Below, piece after piece: positions 1 to 10,467 of a stretch of DNA of 64,000 nucleotides. Both the position numbers and the translations under genes were made by a program. The notes under the pieces were generated by a model. The model was given only the letters and a program-made list of their open reading frames with translations, made no database searches and was not told the origin of the DNA. Location: NCBI GenBank assembly GCA_977018835.1, contig OZ361256.1:4836001-4900000 (forward strand). Direction: 5' to 3'. The DNA is from Minutocellus sp. GHC0000111. Its lineage: Eukaryota. Position 1 is the stretch's first letter; the number at the start of each line of letters is the position of its first letter.

Positions 1-1113
1 TGTAAAGGCCGAGAAGCCAGCCGAGGCATAGACCAAAGGAGTGAACGCACCACGGATCGTCTTGATATAGTAGGACATCGTACCGAAGACAATGGAGCTT
101 AGGATATTGAGATCCACAAACGTCGTGCCCTCCAATCTGTCGCGATCGGCCGCGCTCTTGAGCACCAGCATGGTTCCGGTAAGCAAGGCAAGTCGTCCAA
201 GACGGACGGCTCGGGTGGCCAACGTCTTGGCGGGATTTCCCTCAATAACGAGATTGACAATGTCAACAACCTTGAGAACCTTGAGTGCGGCAACAAACCA
301 AGTTCCACCCAGGTAAATGAAACCATTCAAGTTCTTGCAGGTGAAAAATTCCTTGATGATGCCGCCAATATCTCCGAAGAGCTTTCCTTCTCCGTTTTTG
401 TATCCCGCCAAGGTTGGGGAAAGCGATAGGAACGATGCCAAAGACAGAACATAAAATAGATGCTGTCTGAGTGTCGTGCCTCCAATTGCAAGTAGGATAG
501 TGGTTAGACCACAAAGATTGAACTCCGTCAAGAACAGAGCCAGGCGTTTGTAGGTGTCGGATCCGAGACGGCCTGCCGATGCGGCACTTTCCAAAGTCGA
601 GCTAATTCCAGCGGCAAGGTAGGGCCCACTAGCAGCATACAGCGGCAGGCCAAGACCAATTGGTCCGTCGATGCCGTTGTAGCAAATACCCAGTGCAGTT
701 AAAATAAACAGAAACGCCGACAGCGAGTGGCCAAAGACGATCCGGTTGGTCACCGAGTCATTATCGCCGCTGTCGTCTGCGTCTGAGGCCATCTTGAGCG
801 CAGTCGATTGGCTAGAATGGAGCGATGGGCGAGGAGCATAATTGTTATTATTGGCTGCGTCTGCGGCCATCTTGAGCGCAATCGATTGGGTAGAATGGAG
901 CGATGGGCGAGGAGCATAATTGTTATTATTGGAAATGTGCTGCTGCTGCACAGAAGATGGCGTGACACCAGCGGCAGTGCCGATGTCAAGCATGTGTTTG
1001 ACGCCAACAGCACGTGGTGCAATTGTGCTGATGGGGGCGATCGAAGTGAAGCCGCTAGCATCTGGCAGCGAGCCGCTGGCGACGATGAGGAAGAGGAACG
1101 AGGCGATCTTCAT
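1..1113 (-). CDS. Plastid-targeted multi-pass membrane protein of unknown function (3' end runs off the window)
   Basis: Hand translation from ATG at 1113 is open to base 1, so it is absent from the ORF track: MKIASFLFLIVASGSLPDASG|FTSIAP... (signal peptide + F-starting transit peptide), then hydrophobic segments and a twice-repeated motif (SAASAGRLGSDTYKRL / SAADRDRLEGTTFVDLN). Confidence 0.75.
   Translation of the reverse strand, partial: MKIASFLFLIVASGSLPDASGFTSIAPISTIAPRAVGVKHMLDIGTAAGVTPSSVQQQHISNNNNYAPRPSLHSTQSIALKMAADAANNNNYAPRPSLHSSQSTALKMASDADDSGDNDSVTNRIVFGHSLSAFLFILTALGICYNGIDGPIGLGLPLYAASGPYLAAGISSTLESAASAGRLGSDTYKRLALFLTEFNLCGLTTILLAIGGTTLRQHLFYVLSLASFLSLSPTLAGYKNGEGKLFGDIGGIIKEFFTCKNLNGFIYLGGTWFVAALKVLKVVDIVNLVIEGNPAKTLATRAVRLGRLALLTGTMLVLKSAADRDRLEGTTFVDLNILSSIVFGTMSYYIKTIRGAFTPLVYASAGFSAFT
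777..932. repeat. Two tandem 78-bp copies (26 aa) within the transit-peptide region
   Basis: 777-854 and 855-932 are near-identical and encode NNNNYAPRPSLHS(T/S)QS(I/T)ALKMA(A/S)DA on the minus strand. Confidence 0.9.
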
Positions 1114-1487
1114 GGTGATGATACGGGGCTGCATGTGGTGTGATGTGGTGGATTGTGGCCATTGTGGCGGAGAGATCAGTCACTGGATAGATTTCAGGGG
1201 AATAATAAAAGGGGGCATCCGAGTTTTGCTAAAAAAACGCACAAAATGACTTGCTCATTCGAGAGCGAAGCGTGGGCAAGCCAAGCACCAACCACCTATC
1301 ACCTATCCTGCTCAATTATTAGCTCGAGTTTGTACATCCCTGAATACCGATTTGTTGATTACTTCTCCCTGGGTCCACCTCGCATCTCATCGCCGAAGCC
1401 CAATCAATATCATATCAGCCCTTCGCTCCGCTCCGTCTGTCGTCCCTCGTCACCCACCACCACGTGTCACCACCCCACACAATCAAG

Positions 1488-4400
1488 ATGAGGGCAACGT
1501 CACTGCTGGTGGGCAGGGTTCCATCGGCGGATGAAGACGATGAAGAAGGTCCTGATATCGGTGCTTTTGCGTCGGCGCCCACCGTAGCACTCATCGGCGC
1601 TGGTCCGTCGGGCATGTTCTTCCTCCATGCGCTCGCCACCCGCATCCGCGATCTCGAGGCAACCATTGCCAATGCCAATCGTCATCACGACAAGGACGCT
1701 ATTTCCAAGGCTCGGAAGCAATTGGCTAGACTTCCGATTGTGACACGCTACGAAATGTCGGATGGACCGGGTGGGTTGTGGCGGTCGGAAAAGAAGGACG
1801 TCGCCCGTCGGCACAACACCAAGATGTACGACACATTGTGGGCCAACGTCCCGAAGGAGTTGACCGAGTTTGCCGATTACACCTACGAGCAGCACTTTGG
1901 TGGGAAGCAAACGCCAGCATTTCTGCCCCGGCGGGACATATTGGAGTATCTACTGAAGCGCACTACCTCCGTCGATGGCAACTTGTTGAGAGATGACGTT
2001 GGTATCGATGAGAAAGCACATCGTCGGCACGAGATGCGATACCAAACTACCGTACACAATGTCAAGTACAACAAAGCCACTGCCAAATTTGAGGTTACAT
2101 CGTCGCCGTCTGTGTGGGAAAGTGACAATAAAAGTGATGGTCAACACACAAGCCAACAACCGGCTGTGATGGAACAGTTTGACTACTGCATTTGGGCAGC
2201 GGGAAGGCACGGCAAGCCGAGGATACCACGTCCTCTTCTTGCTCTGTTGCAGTCGGGCGTTGCACCGTACGATGAGGATGATCATGACTCGATTTCAACT
2301 CCCACCAGCATTGAGACGGAGCCACCGACGCCATTTCGGGGCACTATTCTGCATTCTTCTCATATGGAGAACTTTGAGCATCATGTGAAGGGCAAACGAG
2401 TTGTCCTCATTGGTGACTCTGCCTCGGCCGAGGACTTGGCGTTGAAGGCCATACGCGATGGTGTCGACATGCTGTACATATTAAGTCGCTCGGGGTATGG
2501 CGATGTGACCGAAGTAGGCTCCTGGCCAGGCAATATGAATCCTAAGACGGGCAAAGTGAAGGCAAAGGTCAAAACGTTTCTTGCTCTGCCATATCAGGTA
2601 GTAAACGCTGGTACCGGACTTCGATGTTGTGAAATTGAGTGGGACCAGGAGGACGAGATGTATGAGTTAGATGAAGAGGCAGAGCCATTTACGCTGGACC
2701 GGATTGACACCATCATCTTTTGTACCGGTTACGCTCCAAATTTAGATTGTCTCGATGCTGATCTTCGATTTGCTGAGCACGAGGATTGCTTTTGGACTGC
2801 ACCTTCGGACTTTGAAATGACGCCGAATCCCCTTTCGGCTGATGTCGACCGAAGCATCAAACCCAGCGAGGAGCTCGACCTTAGTAGTCGAATGATCCCT
2901 GGCGTTTGCCGCCACGCCCTCATTGCCAACCCAAATATGTTTTTCTTGGCAGATATCGACTCGGAAACCCCTCTCTTCGAGCTCGATGTCAGCGCGTGGT
3001 TGGTACTCTCACAGATTACGGGCGACACAGCCAGAATATCTCGAAAAGAAATGGAACAAGAAATTCGACAGCACATGCTCGAAGAGATGGATGAACCGTA
3101 CTTGAGGTGGGAAATGGATATGAATTTCTTTGAGGCGATCAATAAACTTCCCGATGATCATTGGAGCGAAGACTGGAAGGATAAGCGGTCAAAGGAGATA
3201 GATGAAAAACAGGCAGAATTCTATGCCAAAGTCCTAGCGCGCAATATGCGCCTTGCAAAATATCCGGCCGACTATGGGACTTTCGATGAGCTCAATGAAT
3301 ATGGAATGAAGTATTCACGGCTTCAATGGCCCAACTATCATGCCAGAACTTCTCTCAATCAAAAGTCACCCAATGCAGAGTGGAAGACTTATCGCGACTA
3401 TGATCCAAGTCAATTTCAGAGCATATTCACAGGTCAAGAGGCATGTCCATTACCTGCACATTGGCTCGATATGGAGAAAGATGGGAAACCTGTCACATTC
3501 GAGAACGATTCATCTATCGTCGGAAAGAGCAATCGATCAGAAACCATCGAGGCCTTGATTGGTGACTTGTCTTTGGGGGAATCAGGCGAATCAACAGATG
3601 AGCCACCAACAGTCGCTCTCATTGGCTGCGGTCCATCAGGTATGTTTTTCCTCCATGCACTTGTTACCCGTCGAAAGAGGCTCAAGGATGGCAACGACAC
3701 CAATGGCTTAACTATGCTACCACGAGTTACCTGGTTTGAGTCCTCGGACAAACCTGGAGGTATCTGGCGCTCACAGGAAGACACGACCGATGAGGCGCAC
3801 CAGCCAAACATTTATGATGGCTGTTGGTCCAACAAACCGAAGGAGTTGGTCGAGTTCTTTGACTATACTTTTAAAGAGCACTTTCAAGGCCAGGAGGCTC
3901 CTGTTTACCTTCCAAAGACGGATATGCATGAATACATATCAAAACGAGTCCAGACAGTCGACCCAAATTTATTTGATACTGTCATATTTGGTACCAGCGT
4001 CGAAAATGTTTCTTATAATCCTTCAACTTCAAAGTTCGAGGTGCAATATATGCATGGCGCGACGAAACAATCCAACAACGGCCTTGCCATCAAGGAACAA
4101 TTCGACTATTGTATTTGTGCGACCGGGCAGCATGCAATGCCCCGGATCCCTCGACAATTGCTCAAACTTTTGCGAACAGGCCGTCCACAATTCGACATTG
4201 ACGATTCATCTAATGATGACAGCGATGACAGAACTTGTGATATTCCTTTCAAGGGCGCTATACTCCACTCCAGCCACAAATCTAACTTTGAAGCCGCTGT
4301 TAGCGATAAGACCGTGGTTCTGATTGGAGACTCGGCTAGTGCAGAGGACAGTGCTCTTCATGCTGTCAAGCTGGGTGCCCAATCAGTACATATTCTTAGT

Positions 4401-5393
4401 CGCAGCGGCTACGGCGTTTGCAATGATACTGGCTCATGGCCCGGTGTGCGAGATGCAGCTACCGGTGAGCTGAAGCCCAAAGTTCATGTTCATGTCGCTC
4501 TTCCCTTCAGGTTGACCAACGGTGGCACTGGACTGAAATGTTGTAGGATGGAATGGGACCAAGAGGACGAGGTATGGGAACGAGATGAGGAAGCTCCCTT
4601 GGTTCAAATTGACAATGTTGACACTGTCATATTTTGCACTGGCTACATGTCCAATCAGAATTGCCTTAGCTCTGACCTACAAATCAAAGATCGAGACAGT
4701 GTATGGGCCGAAAGCTTTTGGGTTGCACCACCCGACTTTCAGATGAAACCCAACGAATTCGAGTCAACTATTGGGAACATCAAACCAAGCGAAGAGCTCG
4801 ACTTTAGCAGCAACATCATTCCTGGTCTATACAGAAATGTCCTCATTAAGAATCCTCGGATGATGCATCTTGCGTCGCTGGATAACACACTTTTCGAGCT
4901 TGATGTTGCTGCATGGCAGTGTCTCGCATACATTACTGGCGATGCAGTCGTGCCCTCTAGGAAGGAGATGGAGGAAGAAATTCAAAAGCAAATGCTGGAA
5001 GAGATGCACATTCCGTATCTTCGGTGGGAAATGGACATGAATTACTTCGAGGCCCTGGATGCTCTAGGAGACGACCATTGGAGCGAAGATTGCAGGGATA
5101 GTAGAACTCGGGCGATCAATGAACAACACGCTCAATACTTGGCAAAGGTCATGGCACAAAACATGCGCCTTGCAAAGTATCCTGTCGATTTTGGCACCTA
5201 CTCCAAGCTGAGTGTTATGGGCGAAAAGTTCGTCCAAATTGAGTTGCAAGACGATTGTGCAAGGAGCATGCTTGACCCAAAAGCCCCCAACGCCGAGTGG
5301 ATGACTTATCGAGATGTCGACCCGAAGAAGTTCAAGAGTATATTCACTGGCCAGTGTGCCTCTGCGCTTCCTAGACATTGGATAGACATGTAA
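1488..5393 (+). CDS. Tandem two-domain flavin-containing monooxygenase (class B FMO, bacterial trimethylamine-monooxygenase-like)
   Basis: Each half has a GxGPSG FAD motif (GAGPSG, GCGPSG), a W(A/S)NxPKE..EF.DYT..EHF segment, an FxGxILHSSH fingerprint, a GDSASAED NADPH motif and IFCTGY. Intronless; first ATG at 1488. Confidence 0.9.
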   Translation: MRATSLLVGRVPSADEDDEEGPDIGAFASAPTVALIGAGPSGMFFLHALATRIRDLEATIANANRHHDKDAISKARKQLARLPIVTRYEMSDGPGGLWRSEKKDVARRHNTKMYDTLWANVPKELTEFADYTYEQHFGGKQTPAFLPRRDILEYLLKRTTSVDGNLLRDDVGIDEKAHRRHEMRYQTTVHNVKYNKATAKFEVTSSPSVWESDNKSDGQHTSQQPAVMEQFDYCIWAAGRHGKPRIPRPLLALLQSGVAPYDEDDHDSISTPTSIETEPPTPFRGTILHSSHMENFEHHVKGKRVVLIGDSASAEDLALKAIRDGVDMLYILSRSGYGDVTEVGSWPGNMNPKTGKVKAKVKTFLALPYQVVNAGTGLRCCEIEWDQEDEMYELDEEAEPFTLDRIDTIIFCTGYAPNLDCLDADLRFAEHEDCFWTAPSDFEMTPNPLSADVDRSIKPSEELDLSSRMIPGVCRHALIANPNMFFLADIDSETPLFELDVSAWLVLSQITGDTARISRKEMEQEIRQHMLEEMDEPYLRWEMDMNFFEAINKLPDDHWSEDWKDKRSKEIDEKQAEFYAKVLARNMRLAKYPADYGTFDELNEYGMKYSRLQWPNYHARTSLNQKSPNAEWKTYRDYDPSQFQSIFTGQEACPLPAHWLDMEKDGKPVTFENDSSIVGKSNRSETIEALIGDLSLGESGESTDEPPTVALIGCGPSGMFFLHALVTRRKRLKDGNDTNGLTMLPRVTWFESSDKPGGIWRSQEDTTDEAHQPNIYDGCWSNKPKELVEFFDYTFKEHFQGQEAPVYLPKTDMHEYISKRVQTVDPNLFDTVIFGTSVENVSYNPSTSKFEVQYMHGATKQSNNGLAIKEQFDYCICATGQHAMPRIPRQLLKLLRTGRPQFDIDDSSNDDSDDRTCDIPFKGAILHSSHKSNFEAAVSDKTVVLIGDSASAEDSALHAVKLGAQSVHILSRSGYGVCNDTGSWPGVRDAATGELKPKVHVHVALPFRLTNGGTGLKCCRMEWDQEDEVWERDEEAPLVQIDNVDTVIFCTGYMSNQNCLSSDLQIKDRDSVWAESFWVAPPDFQMKPNEFESTIGNIKPSEELDFSSNIIPGLYRNVLIKNPRMMHLASLDNTLFELDVAAWQCLAYITGDAVVPSRKEMEEEIQKQMLEEMHIPYLRWEMDMNYFEALDALGDDHWSEDCRDSRTRAINEQHAQYLAKVMAQNMRLAKYPVDFGTYSKLSVMGEKFVQIELQDDCARSMLDPKAPNAEWMTYRDVDPKKFKSIFTGQCASALPRHWIDM

Positions 5394-5470
5394 AAGTAAA
5401 TCTACTAAACTAATATTGCTCTAACCAGCGAAAAGTTAAAAAAATGTGGAAGCTACCATGTAGATTAAAT

Positions 5471-7169
5471 TTATTGCAACCACTTGAGAATCCCATTCAG
5501 CGCTGTGTTGGAAACACTTGCATCGCGGCCGGCGGCATTGACGAGCCTGCTCTCCATGTACTGGATACCTGGTCTATTTTCCGGTGCCACGGCGAGGTTA
5601 GAGAGCAATGCACCAGCCAGCTGTGCGCTGTCGTGCCTACCAGAGCGGGAGGTGAGCATGGCAATCAGCCCATCATACAGGCGTGAATTGATTCCATGCT
5701 TTCCAGACGAAGCAAGCCGCCCTCGGCCAGCGCGTCTTTTCATATCAGGCCCAATGGCCGTTAGCTTCACCAAAAGATCAACCGACCGATCTCTCAAGTT
5801 ATCATCGATCGCTAAGTCATAGCCTTGATTGAGCTTCAAAGGCGTTACCCTGCTAACAACATTGTAGATGGGATCGCAATAGTCGAAGCTTTCCGGTCCT
5901 GCCCTCGGCACACAAATCAAATCAGTGAGCCGATGCAGCACCGAGTCGGGGATCTGTTCGAACACAGCTTGATTCTCCTCCACCATGAGGGACATCAATT
6001 CCATCGTTTGTGATACGGCCGCATGATTTTCGGTCGAGTCGAGAGAAAAACGCAGAGCAGGAAGAAGTGCCAAAACGGCTCGTGCATGGGGTGCCGTGAC
6101 GGTTTCCACAATGTCGTCTGGAATGGCACTCATCTGCTCGTCTCGGTGGTCGAAATTCTTAGCAATGAGCAGCCCACCATAACCCAAGGCCGGGGCCAGT
6201 CCATATCCTGCTTTGGGGACGGACGATCGTACCAGCTCAGCTTCATCGGCGGCCGCCTTGGCCTGAGCTTCTGCCTTGGCCTTGGCTGCCTTGGACGTTC
6301 TACCCGAGGATGTGCTAGCAAGCGCCAACGCAATGTCGGCCTGAGGATCGTAGCTAGGATTCAAAAGAAGCAGGTCCGAGAAGATTTTTCTCCCCGTCGT
6401 ATCCAGTAAACTCTCGAGATGCATGAGGGCTTGGAGTGCGTGCGTTGAATACGAACCAGCGACAGCAAAAAAAAACAAGCACATGAAGGAGGTTAGTCAC
6501 TGCAGGGCAAAATATGGGTGATAATAAATATAAAGGAAACACGGACAATTCGCATTCGCGCCCAACTCACTCATTGTTGGCACCACCGGCCCGTCCACGG
6601 TCATCCTCCTCGGCCCGATCGAAGGCCCGAAAGTACAGACAACCGGCCAATATCCGCATGAGGCCGAGGTTGTGGACCAAAAATCGCCCGTTGGCCGCAA
6701 CGAAGCTCAGATTTCTCACGACAAGGATAATGACGCGGAGGATGGCATGCTCCTCGTCGGTAATGCGCGAGGTCGGGGTGGGCAGATACGTGGTCTTGGT
6801 GGGTTGGGATAGACGTCGAACACAAAACTCGGCCCAGCTTTCCTGGTCGTTCTGGGGCTTAACGATGCCACTACCGGCGCCATCTTCAAAGAGGGCGTTG
6901 TCCCACGGCCTCTCTCTGGGATCATGCCCATCCCTCGTAGCCGGGGGTGTTAAGAGCTCGGCATTCCCCTTGGTCCAACCAAGAGCATCGTCAAAGGCCT
7001 TGACCAGACCGTCGACTACTGCCTCGCCTCCCTCACCGAGCGAATAATTCAGCCGATCGTCGGAGCTCAAACGGACCAAGACATTGAGGGCCGCGACACA
7101 ATCGGCGGGGTTGGAGGAGTGGAGCTGCTTGGCAAGCAGCCCGGTGGGGGGTAGCACAGCGGCGCTCAT
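5471..7169 (-). CDS. ARM-repeat protein resembling the BAF250/ARID2 (SWI/SNF) armadillo domain; 2 exons
   Basis: ORFs 6567-7169 and 5471-6484 with a GTGAGT donor at 6570. Motifs LHSSNPADCVAALNVLVRLS and VVRNLSFVAANGRFL recall ARID1/ARID2/Rsc9 ARM regions. Acceptor site not resolved. Confidence 0.6.
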
Positions 7170-7435
7170 TCAACGGCGTTTCGTTTTGTGCCGGTAGACC
7201 GGACGGTAGACCTGGGTGGTGCGATGAGCGGCATGAGAGGTGAGCTGCAGCACTACGTAGCTAGCTAGAGCAGCGCAGCGCAGCGTAAGCGGCCTATGAG
7301 ACACGTCATTACAACGCAACAGAAATACAGAAGAACGCCTCCTGGATTATTACTCGGCCGCCGCCGCTTCATTTTTTCAACAACCGAGCATCCAGGCCAA
7401 GCCTTCGTCCAGAGAAAGGCCGGAACAGCCCAGCT

Positions 7436-8645
7436 ATGAGTGCCGAGGCCGAAGAGAAGAAGGCGTGAGTTGTCTATTAGAAGTTGATGTGCCGCGTATC
7501 CGATCCAGTTGTGATGACGGTGCAGCTCGCCGCGTGTGAAGTGTGGGGCGGCTCCGATGGTGATGACAATCAATAATGAGTGGATGGTATTGTATGGAGC
7601 TGTTGTCCTCACCCTTCTCCTCTCTTGCTGGCCTATCGATCTCGACCGGTCGCAGGAGATAAAATTGGGCTCTCTTACTGCGAAATATCTTTCTAGCTGG
7701 CTCATTGATCATTTTCCCTGTATCTCTTGACTTACTGTTGCACCACGTATCGCATCGGCACACAGGCTTGGCAACAAGCACTTTGCCGCCAAGGAGTACG
7801 AAAAGGCCATCGAGCTGTACACTGAGGCGATCCGGTTGGACGGCAAGAACCACGTGTACTACTCCAACAGAAGGTGAGTCGGCTTGCGGTGCGATCCAAG
7901 ATAATAGTGTTTGCATCTGAGCTCAAACTCTAAAAGGCAAACTTCTTATTGTATCTCATATTTCTGTCACCGTCCATATGTGTAGTGCCTCGTATGGCGG
8001 ACTAAAGGATTGGGAGAACGCCGCCAAGGATGCCAAGGAATGCATCAAGATCAACCCGACGTTTCTCAAGGGTTTCTACCGTCTCGCCACGGCTCAGATT
8101 GAACTCAACGAGCTCGATGGAGCCATGGCGACCATCAAATCGGGTTGCAGGTCGACCCCGACAACAGCCAGCTTCACAAACAGCTTCGCATCGTCAAGGC
8201 CAAGAAGAATCCCACCAAGGTCGGTGCGCACAGTGCTGCTACTGCCGATGGCGGCGGGGCCATGCCCGGCGGTCTCGCCGGCGCATCGTCCGATCCTACC
8301 GCCAACAAGGAGCTGATGGACCTACGGGTGCAGTACATTCAAACCAAAAAAGACTTTGGCACCACCCAGGCCGAGGTCAATAAGCTCCAGAGGGAGATTA
8401 AGGTCAGTGATCTGACCCGTTCGGAGCTGGAATCTCTCCCCGAGAACAGCGACGCCAAAATGTACCAGGGAATTGGCAAGATGTTCATGCTGTCGACCAG
8501 GGAGGACGTATTCACCACCCTCGACAAGACCATCAAAGACTCGCAGTCCAAGGAGGCCGACTGCAGCAAGAAGATGTCGTACTTGGAGAATCGGCTCAAG
8601 TCCCAGGAGCAGAATATTCGCGAATTACTTTCGGGCGCTAGCTAG
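7436..8645 (+). CDS. STI1/HOP-like TPR domain fused to prefoldin subunit 1 (beta-type); 3 exons, one apparent 1-bp frameshift
   Basis: Exons 7436-7464, 7766-7873, 7986-8645 (GT-AG, phases consistent): MSAEAEEKKALGNKHFAAKEYEKAIELYTEAIRLDGKNHVYYSNRSASY...KGFYR. Frameshift at about 8141-8146, then ...KMYQGIGKMFML...YLENRLKSQEQNIRELL (prefoldin-1-like). Confidence 0.8.
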
Positions 8646-9014
8646 CTCGCCTGCTAAAATTAGGCGTACATTTCTTTGGAAGTAGTACTACACTAAGCCA
8701 CCACCGTCTAAGCCTATCTTTTTACAGGTTTGGTCTAGTATTTTTATATATACGGTTGCGTGTGGACCTTCACCGAGGCGTGGGTGAAGGGTTCTCTCGT
8801 TGTGGAAGAGAGGGCAATTCCTTCGTTTGGCCAATTTATTCGGTCAAACTGGGACGCATCCTTCCAGAACTTTTCACTTCACACGCGTTGAAAATTTCTG
8901 AGCGACTTGGCATACGTTCCACTACCAACAGTCGCTCGTTTGATTGAATAGCTCCTCCACCTTCTAACACCTACATACACATCCTCTTTTTCGCCGCGCC
9001 GCTTGACTTCCCAT

Positions 9015-9590
9015 TTAGTTTCCATTCTCGCAGTAAAATACTTGCTGACTCAAAAGGATGGAGGCGATGAGCCCGTACAGCGCGACGTTACCAGCAAACA
9101 CTTGGATGAGGACCATACTGACGAAAAGCTTGTCACCGCCGCCGGACTTCTTCTTGTCCCGTCCACCCTTGGAGTTCTTGTATTCCACGTCCCACGTTCC
9201 GCATGCCGTCACGGCTGCCTCGCCGGCGATGCCGATGGCCATTCCGGAGCCAAGGCCGGAAAGGCCGCAGGCCAACCCACCGGCCAGATGGGCGGCGCCC
9301 GTGTACAGAGAATATGTGTTGTTGCCCCCTTCTTGCGGGGAGCTGATGGACCCCAGAATGATGATGCTGGTGATGAGACCGTAAATGCCATTCACACCGG
9401 CCATGACGACGGGGATCAAATTTCTCCAAATCAATTCCGGACTCTTGATGCCCGATTGCATGATGCCGACGCCGGCCTTCATGGTGCCGTAGGCCGCTCC
9501 GACGTTGGCCAAAATAATTGATGCGGCGACGCCCATGTATCCCAGGAAGGGGGCGATCGTCGGGCAGGTGTCGTACATGTAATCCGCCAT
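9015..9590 (-). CDS. V-type H+-ATPase proteolipid subunit c (16-kDa family), divergent paralogue lacking the TM4 glutamate
   Basis: APFLGYMGVAASIILANVGAAYGT, IPVVMAG..GIYGL, HLAGGLACGLSGLGSGMAIG, LFVSMVLIQVFAGNVALYGLI; four TM helices. Confidence 0.9.
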   Translation of the reverse strand: MADYMYDTCPTIAPFLGYMGVAASIILANVGAAYGTMKAGVGIMQSGIKSPELIWRNLIPVVMAGVNGIYGLITSIIILGSISSPQEGGNNTYSLYTGAAHLAGGLACGLSGLGSGMAIGIAGEAAVTACGTWDVEYKNSKGGRDKKKSGGGDKLFVSMVLIQVFAGNVALYGLIASILLSQQVFYCENGN

Positions 9591-10467
9591 TTTAATGTAA
9601 TATTGCTAATCCAAACGCTTCAGTTCGCCCCGCTTCGTTCGCCGACAGTACACATCTATTTTCTACAGTGCAGGATGACGTGACCGTAGTGGGTCGGGTA
9701 AGGAACAGGAAAAAGCAGCGTAATGTGCGTGAGAATAAGACAATGAAAATTTTTGAATAGAATGCATCAAATCATACCCTCCCATGCGTAATGATACGGG
9801 TAGCCTCAACTCGCACTGCCCGGCATTCCCTCCTGTGGCCAATTCCATCCGCCGTTACCTTTCCCTCCACCGAGAACCAATGCGGACTGCTCAGTCTGGT
9901 CCATACACGTCTCCCTCCAAACGGAACATGGCGAGATGAGGACCGTTTCGGGCAGCAAAAACGTCGAGATTCCATGCAGCCACCGAGAATAGTCTACATT
10001 ATCCCAAAGCACACATATTGGCAGCCAATGACAACGATTTAGCTCGCGGCGGCGTCCCTGAGCGGACCGCCCATGGTTCACGTACCTCCAAAACGACCGA
10101 AGACGTGCTGGCTCGCGTCGCCGAAACTTTAGATGAAAAAAAGAGGAAAAGAGAATAGAATAGAAAAAAAAGTTTGTCGTCAGGCGCCATGTACTCTATG
10201 CAGGGACTGCATTGCTATCTGAGGCACTGTTGCTATTGGCCAGGCCACCGCACCACGTCTCATGCCGACATATCTGATCGTTATGCTTGCCTTCGTTCTT
10301 ATCCAAAGCAGCAGCGCTATCGACACGAAAAGCAATTAATCAATGCAGTACTCGATGATGATATCTTTGCAATTATTCGCAACATTACACCGAAAAAAAA
10401 AGACGCCACATCAGCAGACCGACAACCATCGGCTGCCACACGTGTAAAAGAACACATCCGAGACAGG

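Noticed and set aside
8765..8815. Two adjacent hairpins (CCTTCACC/GGTGAAGG; CTCTC/GAGAG) between convergent genes
   Set aside because: Short stems expected by chance; no snRNA/snoRNA boxes recognised.
9660..10170. Short overlapping ORFs and an SRP-like GGTCGG..AAGCAGC string
   Set aside because: No coherent protein motif or SRP secondary structure; probably divergent promoter/UTR DNA.
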